A stretch of 64,000 nt of DNA from Octopus bimaculoides (lineage: Eukaryota). Position 1 is the first letter of the stretch, and every line of letters starts with the position of its first letter. The stretch lies in the NCBI RefSeq assembly GCF_001194135.2, contig NC_068993.1, positions 63,264,935-63,328,934 on the forward strand, in the 5' to 3' direction. The notes beneath the pieces are model-generated. The model was not told the DNA's origin. It saw nothing but the letters and a program-made list of their open reading frames with translations, and did no database searches. Shown here piece by piece: positions 63,095-64,000 of this stretch. Position numbers and translations under genes: made by a program.

Positions 63095-64000
63095 ACTCAT
63101 TGCATCTTCTTTCACTATTACATTTTTTTAGCTCTGTTTCTCGATAGACATTGTCCTCTGCAACTAGAATCGGACCTGTTTCTGTTCCAGAGCTTCTCAG
63201 CCATTGTTGACTTTCACACTGGTTTACTTGCTCTCCATCAAAGCTTTGCAAAAATATTGGTTATGGTCTGCTACAGGATTGTTATAATAATAATCATCAT
63301 CATCATCATTATCAACATTCTTCTTCTTCTTCTTCTTCTTCTTCTTCTTCTTCTTCTTCTTCTTCTTCTTCTTCTTCTTCTTCTCTTTCACTCTGAGAGG
63401 TACCTAATTGTTTTCTTTCTTATATAAAAAGTAATTTTATACATCTTGGAAATTATTCAAAGTGAACAACTTGCTGTGTCAGAAATTCCCCAACAATATC
63501 CAACAGCTCTGCTATATTTCAGGATTACGCCTATGTCTACATTAAGGTGTAATCTGTCAATGTGTTTAGAGAATTAATTATGCATTACTTCAGTTACACA
63601 TTCCAAGTTTGACCGTCAAATTGGAAACTTAATTAGAATGTTTGCGACCGAGTGTACGCCACTTAAATCACCCAATGTCCACCTTCTGAGAGGCATCCTT
63701 ATAGTTTCTGTCAACCAAATTCCATCTACGTGGCTTGTGTTTATCGTAAGCCTACAACAGAAGACACTTGTCTGTAGAGTTCCATGCAAAAGACCAACCA
63801 CCAAAACCCTACAACTGCAAAGTGATAAGCCATGACAAATGGATGCATTTCTTAAGTGCCATGAAGAATTTAAATCCAATAGCAAATTCCAGAACAGCAT
63901 CTCATTTTATTGGCAGAATCATCATCATCTTCATCATCATTTGGTGTCTATTTTCCTTGCTGGCATGGGTTGGATGGTTTGGCAAGTGCTGGCAAGCTGG

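Overview
AT-rich, gap-containing, microsatellite- and SINE-dense eukaryotic DNA; the repeat landscape points to an octopus (inference). Two host-gene loci are supported. (1) A tandemly duplicated, plus-strand, multi-exon avidin-family locus, which the ORF track misses because it is split into small exons. Cassette A spans ~13.8-24.0 kb and cassette B ~28.1-38.6 kb. Each cassette has three exons encoding a strongly diverged avidin-like barrel that lacks the biotin-binding residues, followed by three exons plus a short stop exon encoding a canonical avidin domain. How the two halves are spliced together is unresolved; in B a 10-nt micro-exon candidate would fuse them in frame. (2) An NUDCD2 gene with an intronless CDS on the minus strand (44635-45096). 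The rest is decayed mobile DNA (mariner, Tigger/pogo, RTE, Tx1/L1, RLE-type LINE, Penelope-like, SINEs), including two hammerhead-ribozyme-like motifs and a ~190-nt snap-back hairpin. No rRNA, true tRNA or CRISPR is supported. All translations, alignments and counts were done by eye; TE boundaries are approximate.
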